DNA of 64,000 nt, taken from positions 90,404 to 154,403 of the forward strand of contig CAWFYF010000011.1 in assembly GCA_963819935.1 (NCBI GenBank), given 5' to 3'. Each line of letters opens with the position of its first letter. Position 1 is the stretch's first letter. The stretch comes from an uncultured Alphaproteobacteria bacterium. GTDB lineage: Bacteria > Pseudomonadota > Alphaproteobacteria > Rhizobiales > Xanthobacteraceae. The translations under genes were made by a program, and so were the position numbers. Positions 20,022 through 29,371 of the stretch are shown here, piece by piece. The notes under the pieces are model-generated. The model saw only the letters and a program-made list of their open reading frames with translations. It searched no databases and was not told where the DNA came from.

Positions 20022-20830
20022 GGGATGCAGGCCTCGATGGCCGCGCTGAGCGCCTCGCGGATGTCCTGGTTGTCGGTGATCGGCAGCACGATGCTCGAGC
20101 GGACCGCGGCTTGAAGCGGCAGCCCGGCGCGCACCAGCCGTCCGGCATGGATCAGCATCCGGGTCGAGGCGCCTTCGTCGAGGCCGTGGCCTTGCAGATT
20201 GCGGGATCGTTCGGCGATGGCGACCAGCGTTCCCGCCAGTTCGACGTCGGTGCCGGCCTCGCGCGCGACGATGGCGGCTTCGACGGAAGGCGAGGGATAG
20301 TCGAAATCGATCGCAAGGAAGCGCTGCTTGGTCGATTCCTTCAGATCCTTCACCGCGCTCTGATAGCCGGGGTTGTAGGAGATCGTGAGCTGGAAATCGG
20401 GATGCGCCGCCACGATCTCGTTGTGCTTCTCCAGCGGCAGGATCCGCCGTGCATCGGTGAGCGGATGGATCACGACGGTGGTATCCTGACGGGCTTCGAC
20501 GATCTCATCGAGATAGCAGATCGCGCCGAATCTCACCGCCATCGTCAGCGGCCCGTCGTGCCAGACGGTGCCGTCCGGCTCCAGCAGATAGCGGCCGGCG
20601 AGGTCGGACGCCGTCATGTCCTCATGCGCAGCGACGGTGATCAGGGGCTTGGCCAGTCGCCACGCCATGTGTTCGACAAACCGGGTTTTGCCGCATCCGG
20701 TCGGCCCCTTCAGCATCACGGGCAGACGCTCGGAAAAGGCCGCCTCGAACACCGCGATTTCGTCGCCGACGGGCTGATAGTAGGGTTCGGACAGGATCCG
20801 GTAGGCATCGAGGTTCATGCGCATCTCCAC
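20018..20830 (-). CDS. CbbQ/NirQ/NorQ/GvpN-family MoxR-class AAA+ ATPase
   Basis: 270 aa. Walker A LKGPTGCGKT, Walker B ICYLDEIVEA. Length and sequence pattern match the NorQ/CbbQ family. 4-nt overlap with the downstream VWA gene. Confidence 0.88.
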   Translation of the reverse strand: MEMRMNLDAYRILSEPYYQPVGDEIAVFEAAFSERLPVMLKGPTGCGKTRFVEHMAWRLAKPLITVAAHEDMTASDLAGRYLLEPDGTVWHDGPLTMAVRFGAICYLDEIVEARQDTTVVIHPLTDARRILPLEKHNEIVAAHPDFQLTISYNPGYQSAVKDLKESTKQRFLAIDFDYPSPSVEAAIVAREAGTDVELAGTLVAIAERSRNLQGHGLDEGASTRMLIHAGRLVRAGLPLQAAVRSSIVLPITDNQDIREALSAAIEACIP

Positions 20831-21143
20831 GGGAATTGTGCGTGGGGAGACCGCCTGTCGATGTGAAGACCTCCGCCCCTCCGCGAGTGGGGTTAGGCAA
20901 GCGTCGCCATATGGCGCGCCACAGCCTTGGAGCGCGCAGTCAGGCGTTCCGCGAACGCCTCAACCAGCATTAGACTGCCAATCCCGGTTTTGCACAAGTG
21001 ACATGTGGATCGGGGCTGAGCCGCAAGAATGGGCTTTCGGTACGGTTTTTCCGGACGCGCGCGGGCGCTTGACTCGCCGATAACCATCCTCTTCTCTGGC
21101 CGCATCCAGCCGCCCGGCGCGGTTACAAAAAGAAAGAAAAAAA

Positions 21144-22349
21144 TTGGGAGCGGAACGAAAGCTATCGCCGACGCACGAGGCGCCCTATCGCGGTTTGCGC
21201 GTTCTCGATTTCGGGCAGGGGATCGCATCGCCATATTGCGCCATGCTGCTCGGTGTTTACGGGGCCGAAATCATCAAGGTCGAACCGCCGGAGGGCGACT
21301 GGTCGCGCTATCTGGGAACCACCCACGGAAGCCATACGGCGCTATCGGCCGTCTATAACCGCGGCAAGCGCAGCCTGTGCCTCGATCTGAAGCACGCGGA
21401 CGGGATCGCGATCGCCAGGCGGCTGGCGCGGGACTGCGACGTGCTCATCGAGGGTTTTCGGCCCGGCGTCGCCGCACGTCTCGGGCTCGGCTACGAGGAA
21501 CTCTCCCGCGACAACCCCGGCCTCATCTACCTCTCGGTGTCGGGCTTCGGGCAACAGGGTCCTTACGCCAAGCGCCCCGGCTCGGATTCGGTGGCCCAGG
21601 CGTTCTCCGGCCTGGTGTCGGTCAATGTCGGCAATGACAAGACGCCGCACCGGGTGGGCACGACCATCTCCGACGTGGCAACCGGGGTCTACGCCTTCCA
21701 GGCCATCGCAACCGCCCTGTTCGCGCGTGCGACCGTCGGCACCGGGCGCTGGATCGATGTCAGCCTGACGCAGTCGACGGCTGCCCTGCTTGGCCACAAG
21801 GTTGCCGAATATGTTCTGGAAGGAGGCAGCCCGCGCGCGCTCAACGTGCCGGCCGGCTCCTATCAAACCGCAGATGGCTGGCTGATGGTCACGCTGGTGA
21901 ACGAGCCGCAGTACAAACGCCTTTGCGCCGCGATCGGGCGGGAGGATCTGGTCAGCGATCCCAGGTTTGCGGATTTTGCCAGGCGCGCGGATTCGGCGGA
22001 TGCGCTGATCCCGCAGCTGCGCGAGATTTTTCTGACCCGGTCGAGCGAGGCATGGCTCGAGAAACTGCATGCGGCTGATATCATCGCCGAGCGCATCCTC
22101 ACGCCGGGCGACTGGCTGCACAATGTTCACGTCGAGGCGATCAAGGCCGCGGTCTGCCAGGAAACGCCCGGCGTCGGCGCGGTTTACGCCCCGCGCACGC
22201 CGGGCCTCGCGGGCCTTTCCGAGGATCAACTGTGCCCGGCGCCCGATATCGGCGCGGACAGCCGCGCGGTGCTTCTGGATGCCGGCTTCGAACCCGGCGC
22301 CATCGACGATCTGATCAAGACCGGCGCCGTGCGCACCGGCGGACGCTGA
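21144..22349 (+). CDS. family III (CaiB/BaiF) CoA-transferase
   Basis: 401 aa. GLRVLDFGQGIASPYCAMLLGVYGAEIIKVEPPEGD at the N-terminus. The start codon is uncertain (TTG as listed). Confidence 0.85.
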   Translation: MGAERKLSPTHEAPYRGLRVLDFGQGIASPYCAMLLGVYGAEIIKVEPPEGDWSRYLGTTHGSHTALSAVYNRGKRSLCLDLKHADGIAIARRLARDCDVLIEGFRPGVAARLGLGYEELSRDNPGLIYLSVSGFGQQGPYAKRPGSDSVAQAFSGLVSVNVGNDKTPHRVGTTISDVATGVYAFQAIATALFARATVGTGRWIDVSLTQSTAALLGHKVAEYVLEGGSPRALNVPAGSYQTADGWLMVTLVNEPQYKRLCAAIGREDLVSDPRFADFARRADSADALIPQLREIFLTRSSEAWLEKLHAADIIAERILTPGDWLHNVHVEAIKAAVCQETPGVGAVYAPRTPGLAGLSEDQLCPAPDIGADSRAVLLDAGFEPGAIDDLIKTGAVRTGGR

Positions 22350-22395
22350 CGTCGAACGGTCAAGCGACGGCAACCAACACCTGGAAAGGGGAAAC

Positions 22396-22857
22396 ATGGC
22401 GGGATTATATTTCGAGGAATTCGAGGTCGGCCGGGAATATCATCATGAATTCAGCCGGACCGTCACCGAGATGGACAATACGATGTTCAGCCTGCTGACG
22501 ATGAACCCGCAGCCGTTGCACATCGACGCGCATTTCTCGGAGACCACCGAGTTCGGCCAGCGGCTGTTCAACAGCCTCTACACGCTCGGCATCATGATCG
22601 GCATGAGCGTGTACGACACCACGCTTGGCACCACGATCGGCAATCTCGGCATGACCGACGTCAAGTTTCCGAAGCCGGTGTTTCACGGCGATACGCTGAA
22701 AGCGCATACCAAGATCATCTCCAAGCGCATCAGCAAGTCGCGGCCGACGCAGGGCATCGTCGAGTTCGAGCACACCGCGACCAACCAGCGCGGCGAGGTG
22801 GTCGCAAGCTGCCGCCGTACCGGGCTGATGCATTGCAAACCGCAAGCGAAGGCGTAA
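22396..22857 (+). CDS. MaoC-like hot-dog hydratase (itaconyl-/mesaconyl-CoA hydratase-like)
   Basis: 153 aa. YFEEFEVG...FSLLTMNPQPLHID...GDTL pattern of MaoC dehydratase-fold proteins. Confidence 0.8.
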   Translation: MAGLYFEEFEVGREYHHEFSRTVTEMDNTMFSLLTMNPQPLHIDAHFSETTEFGQRLFNSLYTLGIMIGMSVYDTTLGTTIGNLGMTDVKFPKPVFHGDTLKAHTKIISKRISKSRPTQGIVEFEHTATNQRGEVVASCRRTGLMHCKPQAKA

Positions 22858-22861
22858 GGCG

Positions 22862-23725
22862 ATGCGATCATTCCTGTTCGTTCCCGGCGACAGCGTCCGC
22901 AAGTTCGAGAGCGCGAAGAAGACCGCCGCCGACGCCCTGATCCTCGATCTCGAGGATTCGATCGCGCCGGACCAGAAGGTGGTCGCGCGCGCCGTCACCC
23001 GCGAGATGCTCGATGCGCGCAAACCGAACCAGAAGATGTATATCCGCGTCAACGCGCTCGACACAGGCCTGACGCTCGGCGACTTGGCCGCGGTGATGCC
23101 GGGCCGGCCCGATGGCATCGTGCTGCCGAAATGCGCCGGTGCGGCCGACGTCAATCATCTGGCGCTCTATCTCGACGCCTTCGAGGCGGCGTCCAGCCTG
23201 GAACAGGGCAGCACGCGGATCGTCGTCGTGGCGACGGAGACGGCGCGGGCGGTTACCAAACTATTTGATTTCGAGGGTGCGAGCCCGCGGCTGTGGGGCA
23301 TGATGTGGGGCGCCGAGGATCTCGCGGCGTCACTCGGCGCCTCGCGCAACCGCACAGGAAACCGCTTTCACGGTCCGTTTCTGCTGGCTCGCGATCTCTG
23401 CCTGATTAGCGCGGCGGCTGCCGGCGTCGTTGCGATCGATACCGTCGCCACCGACATCGACGATCTGGTCGCGCTCAGGGAAGAGGCGATCGCCGCCCGG
23501 CATGACGGGTTTCTCTCGAAGGCCATCATTCATCCCAAGCATGTCGATGTCGTCAACGCGGCCTTCATGCCGACGGACGAGGAAATCGCGTGGTCCGAGC
23601 GGGTCATCAAGGCCTTCGACGACAATCCCGATACCGGCGTCGTCAAGCTGGACGGCAAGATGCTCGACAAGCCGCACCTTCGCGCCGCCGTGAAGATCCT
23701 TGCGCAGGCGAAACGGCAAACCTGA
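22862..23725 (+). CDS. CitE/HpcH-family acyl-CoA lyase (citramalyl-/malyl-CoA lyase-like)
   Basis: 287 aa. LFVPGD, LILDLEDS, IRVN, LPKC, WGAEDL motifs of citrate-lyase beta-like enzymes. Confidence 0.85.
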   Translation: MRSFLFVPGDSVRKFESAKKTAADALILDLEDSIAPDQKVVARAVTREMLDARKPNQKMYIRVNALDTGLTLGDLAAVMPGRPDGIVLPKCAGAADVNHLALYLDAFEAASSLEQGSTRIVVVATETARAVTKLFDFEGASPRLWGMMWGAEDLAASLGASRNRTGNRFHGPFLLARDLCLISAAAAGVVAIDTVATDIDDLVALREEAIAARHDGFLSKAIIHPKHVDVVNAAFMPTDEEIAWSERVIKAFDDNPDTGVVKLDGKMLDKPHLRAAVKILAQAKRQT

Positions 23726-23734
23726 ACGCCCGAA

Positions 23735-24965
23735 TCACGTCGGATTGGTCTCGACCATGGCGCCCTCGGCAATCAACGCTTCGATCTCGCTCTCGGAAAA
23801 TCCGGCTTCGCGAAGGATGGCGTCGCCATGTTCGCCGAGCCGGGGCGGGTATTGCCGGATCGAGGGCGGCGTCCTGCTCCAGGTCGCGGCGGGTCCTGCG
23901 ACGCGAAGCGGGCCTTCGGTCGGGTGGTCGATGGATTGCAGCAGGCCGACCGCGGCCAGATGCGGATCGTCGATCAGGCTGTCGAGGTCGTGCAGCGGCG
24001 CATGCGGAATGTCGGCCTCCTCGAACAACTGCATCCATTCCGCGGTGGATGCGGGTCTTCATGACATCGGAAAACCAGCCATAGACGAAGTCGTAATTGC
24101 TCGTCCGCGAGGTGATACTGTTCAGCCGCGGGTCGCGATCAGCTTCGTTCTCCTTGCCGATCGCGCGGAAAAACGCGCTCCATTGTTTGTCGTTGTAGAC
24201 CAGCGCGCAGACATAGCCGTCGCTGGTCCGGTAGGGCCGGCGATCCGGCGACAGCAGGCGTGAATAGCCTGGCGGCCCGACCGGCGGCTCGAAGCTGCGG
24301 CCGGACATGTGATCGCCCAGCACGAATTGCGCCATGGTCTCGAACATCGGGATCTCGATCGACTGTCCTTCGCCGGTGCGGTCGCGGTGCAGCAACGCGG
24401 CCAGGATCGCATGCGTGGCGTTGAGCCCGACAATGCGGTCGGCGATCGTCGCGGGCGAGAAACGCGGCTCGCCGGTAATCTTTCCGGTGAGCGCCGGCAG
24501 CCCCGTCATGCCCTGGATCAAATCGTCATAGGCCGGGCGCCCGGCATAGGGGCCTTGTTCGCCAAACCCATGCAGGCTCGCATAGACCAGCCGCGGGTTG
24601 AGGGCGAGCAAATCGTCGGCGCCGAGCCGCAGCCGGCGCATCGCGGCCGGCCGCACATTATGGACGAAGACGTCGGCGGTAGATGAAAGCCGCAGCAGCG
24701 TCTCGCGGCCGCCGGCTTTCTTCAGGTCGAGCACGATCGAGCGCTTGTTGCGGTTGCCCTGAAGATACATCGCCCCCATCTGCGGATGGCGCATCGGGGC
24801 GGCGTGGCGCATCACGTCGCCTTCCGGGCTCTCCACCTTGATGACGTCGGCGCCGTAGTCGCCCAGAATCATGGTTGCATAGGGGCCCATCATGACGCTG
24901 GTCAGGTCGATGATCCTGACGCCGGCGAGAGGTCCCGCCGGTGGCTTGGTGCTCTTTTGGTTCAC
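23735..24965 (-). pseudogene. family III CoA-transferase with an apparent +1 nt frameshift near 24047-24052
   Basis: ORF 23643-25061 with GTG 24965 gives VNQKSTKPPAGPLAGVRIIDLTSVMMGPYATMILGDYGADVIKVESPEGD... up to ...FSDVMKTR. The C-terminal domain (STAEW)MQLFEEADIPHAPLHDLDSLIDDPHLAAVG...AEGAMVETNPT continues in the frame of ORF 23735-24034. Length is 1231 nt (3n+1). Confidence 0.8.
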
Positions 24966-24976
24966 GGCGCGCTCGC

Positions 24977-26011
24977 TCAATGGCCAGCTGCCAGGGCCTC
25001 GGTGAAGGCCTTGAAGACTTCGGTGCCGGGCTTGCCGCGCTTGTCGACATCCTTCACCCATTCCTCCGCCACGTTCTTGAAGGCGGTGGCGAACAGTTTC
25101 TTGTCGTCGGGGCCGAACTCGATCACCTTCATGCCCTGCGCTTTGATCTTCTCGGTCGCAGCCTTCTCGCCATCCTCGAAGCGCTTGCAGCCTTCGCGCG
25201 TGGTTTGTTCGCCCGCTTCAACCAGGACCTTGCGCACGTTCTCCGGCAGGGATTTGAATTTCGCCTCGCCCATCGAATAGGTGAAGATCGCGGTGCCGAA
25301 ATTCAGCCCCTCGGTGCCGGATTTGAGGATCTTGCCGAAGTCGTAGGATACCGAGCTCTGATAGGAGAAGATCAGGCCGTCGAGCGTGCCGCGGGTCAGC
25401 AATTCATAGATTTCGGGCGCGGCCATGCGGACCGGCACGCCGTTGATCGAGCGCATCATCAGGTCCATCGCCCCGCCGGTGGTACGGATCTTCAGGCCCT
25501 CCAGATCCTTGGCGGAGTTGATGACGCGGCTGTTGGCGAGCTGGATCTGGTAGGCGGGCAGCGCAATCGTCACCAGCGGCCGCAGGCCGTTCGGCGCGAA
25601 TTCCTTGCTCTCCAGGATGCCGCCATTATGCGAGATCTTGTAGAAGGCGAGCGATCCCTGACACTCGGTCTCGAAGATGCCGGGAAGCTCGGCGACCGCC
25701 GTCAGCGGAAATTTGTCCGACGAATAGGACGGAACGATATAGGCGAGGTCGGCGACGCCGACGGAGGTCAGCTGCGCCATGTCCTTGGCTTTGCCGAGCT
25801 GCTCGGCGGGAAAGTGCTGGAAGGTGACCTGTCCGTTGGTCGCCTTGGTGACGAGTTCCATGAACGGCTTTGCCACCAGTTCGTGGATGACGTGACCGTT
25901 GGGCAGGCTGTCGGCGAGCCGCAAGGTGATTTTTTCCTGCGAAAAGGCGGGGCTTGCGCCCAGCGCAAGCAGCGCGGTGGCGAGGACGATCCGCCGGTGC
26001 AGAATGTTCAT
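24977..26011 (-). CDS. dctP: TRAP transporter substrate-binding protein (DctP family), copy 1
   Basis: 344 aa from ATG 26011 within the over-long ORF 24977-27076. Signal peptide MNILHRRIVLATALLALGASPAFSQ, then ITLRLADSLPNGH...PGIFE... Confidence 0.88.
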   Translation of the reverse strand: MNILHRRIVLATALLALGASPAFSQEKITLRLADSLPNGHVIHELVAKPFMELVTKATNGQVTFQHFPAEQLGKAKDMAQLTSVGVADLAYIVPSYSSDKFPLTAVAELPGIFETECQGSLAFYKISHNGGILESKEFAPNGLRPLVTIALPAYQIQLANSRVINSAKDLEGLKIRTTGGAMDLMMRSINGVPVRMAAPEIYELLTRGTLDGLIFSYQSSVSYDFGKILKSGTEGLNFGTAIFTYSMGEAKFKSLPENVRKVLVEAGEQTTREGCKRFEDGEKAATEKIKAQGMKVIEFGPDDKKLFATAFKNVAEEWVKDVDKRGKPGTEVFKAFTEALAAGH

Positions 26012-26043
26012 GAGTTTCTCTCCCGTTTGTTGTTTGTCTTGTT

Positions 26044-27333
26044 TCAGTAGCCCATCTTGATCGGAAGCCAGAGGATGATCTGCGGCCATGCCACCAGCAT
26101 CGCGATTGCAATCAGGTGCGCCACGAAATGCGGGAACACGCCATGGAACACTTCGCTGACGGGACGTCCCGAATAACGCGCCACCACGAAGCAGTTCAGC
26201 CCGACCGGCGGCGTGATCATGCCGACCTCCGCGGTGACGATCTTGACGACGCCGAACCAGAGTGGATCGTAACCGAGCGATTTGATCAGCGGCAGCACGA
26301 TCGGCACGGTGAGCACCAGGATGGCGATCTGGTCCATGAAGGAGCCGAGCACGATGTAGCCGCACAGGATCAGCGTCAGCACCACCCAGGCGGGCACGTG
26401 CAGGCCTCCTACAAAGGCCACCAGGTTCTGCGTCACCTGGGTCAAGGTGAAGAAGTAGCCGAAGATCGACGCGCCCAAGAGAATCATCGCAATCATGCAG
26501 GTGCCGTGGGCCGCGCGCAGCAGCGCGCTGCGCAGGCTCTGCGGGTTGATCTTGCCTTTCCATATTGCGAGGCAGAACGCGCCGAAGGCCCCGAGCGCCG
26601 AGGCTTCCGTCGGCGTGGCGATGCCCGAATAGATCACGCCCGTCACCATCCCGAACAGCAGCAGCATCGGTCCGACGACCTTGAGCATCCGGAATTTTTC
26701 GTAGAGCGTGACGGATGGGCCCGCCGGCGCGCGGGAAGGATCCTGCCAGGCCAGGAACCAGACAGTGGCCATGATGGTGATGGTGACGAGAACGCCCGGG
26801 ATGACGCCGCCGATCAGGAGCGCGCCGATATTCACTTCCGCGAGCAGCCCATAGATGACGAGCGCGACCGACGGCGGAATCAGCATCGCCAGCGTGCCTG
26901 ATATCGCCACCACGCCGGCCGCCATCCTCGGCTCGTAGCCCTGCTTGAGCATGGCGGGCAGGCTGGTGGCGGAAAGCGTTGCCGCGGAAGCCGTGCTGGT
27001 GCCGCAGATCGCGCCGAAACCGGCGCCCGCCAGAGCCGTCGCCATGCCGAGGCCGCCGGGCACCCGGCCGACCCATGCGGCGGTGGCCTTGAAGAGGTCA
27101 TCGGCGATGCCGCTGACCAGAACGAATTCGGCCATCAGCAGGAACATCGGGATCGTGATCAGTTCGTAGGAGGTAACGGCGGACAGCGGCGCGGTCTGCA
27201 ATATGCCCGTCAGGATCGGCATGCCGCCGACGATGTAGAGGCCGAGAACGCCTGATCCCGCCATCGCAAAGCCGACCGGCGTTCCGATCGCCAGCAGCAC
27301 GAACAGAACAACCATGACAAGGGACAGGATCAT
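26044..27333 (-). CDS. dctM: TRAP transporter large permease (DctM)
   Basis: 429 aa from ATG 27333 (MILSLVMVVLFVLLAIGTPVGFAMA...). Polytopic membrane protein. ATGA overlap with the dctQ stop. Confidence 0.9.
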   Translation of the reverse strand: MILSLVMVVLFVLLAIGTPVGFAMAGSGVLGLYIVGGMPILTGILQTAPLSAVTSYELITIPMFLLMAEFVLVSGIADDLFKATAAWVGRVPGGLGMATALAGAGFGAICGTSTASAATLSATSLPAMLKQGYEPRMAAGVVAISGTLAMLIPPSVALVIYGLLAEVNIGALLIGGVIPGVLVTITIMATVWFLAWQDPSRAPAGPSVTLYEKFRMLKVVGPMLLLFGMVTGVIYSGIATPTEASALGAFGAFCLAIWKGKINPQSLRSALLRAAHGTCMIAMILLGASIFGYFFTLTQVTQNLVAFVGGLHVPAWVVLTLILCGYIVLGSFMDQIAILVLTVPIVLPLIKSLGYDPLWFGVVKIVTAEVGMITPPVGLNCFVVARYSGRPVSEVFHGVFPHFVAHLIAIAMLVAWPQIILWLPIKMGY

Positions 27334-27878
27334 TCGAAGGTTTCCCCGGCAGCGTGCGATGCCGGCAGGGCGATCACGGCGCGCCCGGTGGCAAGAGACA
27401 AGACATGGCCGATCAGATGAAGCACAAGCCGCAGCGTGATCAGTCCGGCGCCGAACGGCACCAGCCCGATCGAGGGCCACATCGGCCAGGGAATAGCACC
27501 GGCCATGACGTCGCCCGATCGAAAGCTGTCGACCGCGCGCAGCCAGCCGAGATACGCGATCAGGGAAAACACCGATATGCCGACCAGGCAGGTGACGATC
27601 TCCGTCACGCGGATCATCGCCGGCGGGAACCTCTGCTGGAGAATGTCGACGCTGACATGGGCGTTGCTGGCATAGGCTTCCGACAGGATCAGGAAGAACA
27701 CGCCGGCCATCAGATAGAGCGAGATCAGGTCATAGGCCCAGGAGAACGGCCGGTTAAAGGCATAGCGCATGATGACGTCGCTGAAGACGATCATCATGAT
27801 CGCAAACATGAAGATCGCGGCGATCGTGGATACCGCCTTCTCGACGACCCCCAGCGCCCTCAATAGTCGGTCGAGCAA
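27330..27878 (-). CDS. dctQ: TRAP transporter small permease (DctQ)
   Basis: 182 aa, four hydrophobic helices, located directly upstream of dctM. Confidence 0.85.
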   Translation of the reverse strand: MLDRLLRALGVVEKAVSTIAAIFMFAIMMIVFSDVIMRYAFNRPFSWAYDLISLYLMAGVFFLILSEAYASNAHVSVDILQQRFPPAMIRVTEIVTCLVGISVFSLIAYLGWLRAVDSFRSGDVMAGAIPWPMWPSIGLVPFGAGLITLRLVLHLIGHVLSLATGRAVIALPASHAAGETFE

Positions 27879-27944
27879 ATCGATCCCCCCAGAATAGTTT
27901 TCTTGTTGCAGGCCGCGGTTAAGCCGGACCGCCGCCTGACAGGT

Positions 27945-28973
27945 TTATTTGGCCGGAATGACCGCCACTGCCGCGTCGAACTCTTTAAGCGCGTCGCTTC
28001 CGTGTTTGCCGCGCGAGTCCAGTCCTTCCGCCCAGGTCTTCGCCACGCCCTTCATGAGATCCTTGAACTTTGCGCCGGTGTCCGGTTGCAGGGTTTCGAA
28101 ATGAATGGCTGCCTCGAGAGACTTCTTGGTCTCGTTGTCGGCCTTCTGCACCTGCTGGCAGGCAGCGGGGATGATCTCCTCCGCCACATCGATCATGGCC
28201 TTCTGGACTTCCGGCGACAGCTTTTTCCAGGCGTTGTCGCTGATCGAATAGGCGACGATGAAGCTGCCGAAGCCCAGGCCATCGGTGGAATATTTCACCA
28301 GCTTGTCGGCGCCATAGGCGACCACGCTCTCGAGCGGAAACAGGAGCCCGTCCATGGTGCCGCGGGAAAGCAATTCATAGGCATCGGGTGCGGCCATGCG
28401 GACCGGCACCGCGCCGATCGCGCGCAAGGTCAGGTCCTGCGCGCCGCCGGTGGAACGCAATTTCAGGCCGGTGACGTCGCCGACATCCTTCACCGGCTGC
28501 TTGACGGTGAAGATGCGGTATTGCGGCAGGCTCACCGCAAGCAGCAGCCGGATGTTGTTGGCGGCGTAATCCTGCTCGGCGATGACGCCGTTCCGCGCCA
28601 GCTTCCAGTAGGCGAGCGTACCCTGGCAGGAATGCTCGAAGGCTCCCGGCAGCATCGCCACTTCGGAGACCGGCATCTTGTCGGAGACATAGGCCGGCGC
28701 GACATAGCCGATATCCGCGACGCCGGTTTGCGTCAGCTTCAGCATGTCCGCCGCCTTGCCGAGCTGCTGCGCCGGGTAGTGTTCGAAGTTGACCGCGTTG
28801 TTGGTGCGCTTCTTGACCTCGTCCATCCAGGGTTCGAGGATCAGCTTGACCAGATAGTGGCCCTTCGGAAATGAGTCGGCGACGCGGAGCGTGATCGGAT
28901 CGGCAGCTTGCGCGAGGACGGTCGACCCGATCAGGATGAGAGAAGAGAAAAAGGCTCGTCGGGCCGTCAGCAT
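27945..28973 (-). CDS. dctP: TRAP transporter substrate-binding protein (DctP family), copy 2
   Basis: ATG 28973 in ORF 27945-29015 gives MLTARRAFFSSLILIGSTVLAQAADPITLRVADSFPKGH.... It is colinear with copy 1 but clearly diverged. Confidence 0.88.
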   Translation of the reverse strand: MLTARRAFFSSLILIGSTVLAQAADPITLRVADSFPKGHYLVKLILEPWMDEVKKRTNNAVNFEHYPAQQLGKAADMLKLTQTGVADIGYVAPAYVSDKMPVSEVAMLPGAFEHSCQGTLAYWKLARNGVIAEQDYAANNIRLLLAVSLPQYRIFTVKQPVKDVGDVTGLKLRSTGGAQDLTLRAIGAVPVRMAAPDAYELLSRGTMDGLLFPLESVVAYGADKLVKYSTDGLGFGSFIVAYSISDNAWKKLSPEVQKAMIDVAEEIIPAACQQVQKADNETKKSLEAAIHFETLQPDTGAKFKDLMKGVAKTWAEGLDSRGKHGSDALKEFDAAVAVIPAK

Positions 28974-29371
28974 GTCGCCTCCACCGGGACTTATTATGGT
29001 TTCCCGTAGCTGCACATAAACCCGTTATATCGTCAAGAATTACCCTGCCTGCGCCATAGCGCCGCAAGCGAGCGTGGCTCACAACCGCAGGGCGTGCGGT
29101 CGACGCGGGTCGACGTTTGCTGCAGGAACGATGGGCGGCCGCTGGTGTGCCACCAACGACACGACGCACGAGATGAAAGAGGCGAGTTTCGACGCGGACT
29201 GTCCGCACGGACCAATCGGCAATTCCGTAGTGCGGAACAAAATTCCGCTTGCATCGCAAACCGGGCAAGCTTTCATAGTCCTCAACAGCAAGCCCGCGAT
29301 GGGCATCTGCCTGCCCCGAAGGCATATCGACGCCGTACGAGGCGTGCGTCGGAATCCGGATGTTTCATTGA

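Noticed and set aside
20893-21234. 113-aa ORF on the - strand in the NorQ-like / CoA-transferase divergent spacer
   Set aside because: It overlaps the 5' end of the CoA-transferase gene and has no motifs or plausible RBS. The region is more likely a divergent promoter region. A 25-aa sub-ORF (MLVEAFAERLTARSKAVARHMATLA) is too short to support.
24977-27076. 699-aa ORF on the - strand
   Set aside because: Only the C-terminal 344 aa (from ATG 26011, with a signal peptide) is the DctP protein. The upstream in-frame extension overlaps dctM in another frame and is Arg/Gly-rich nonsense.
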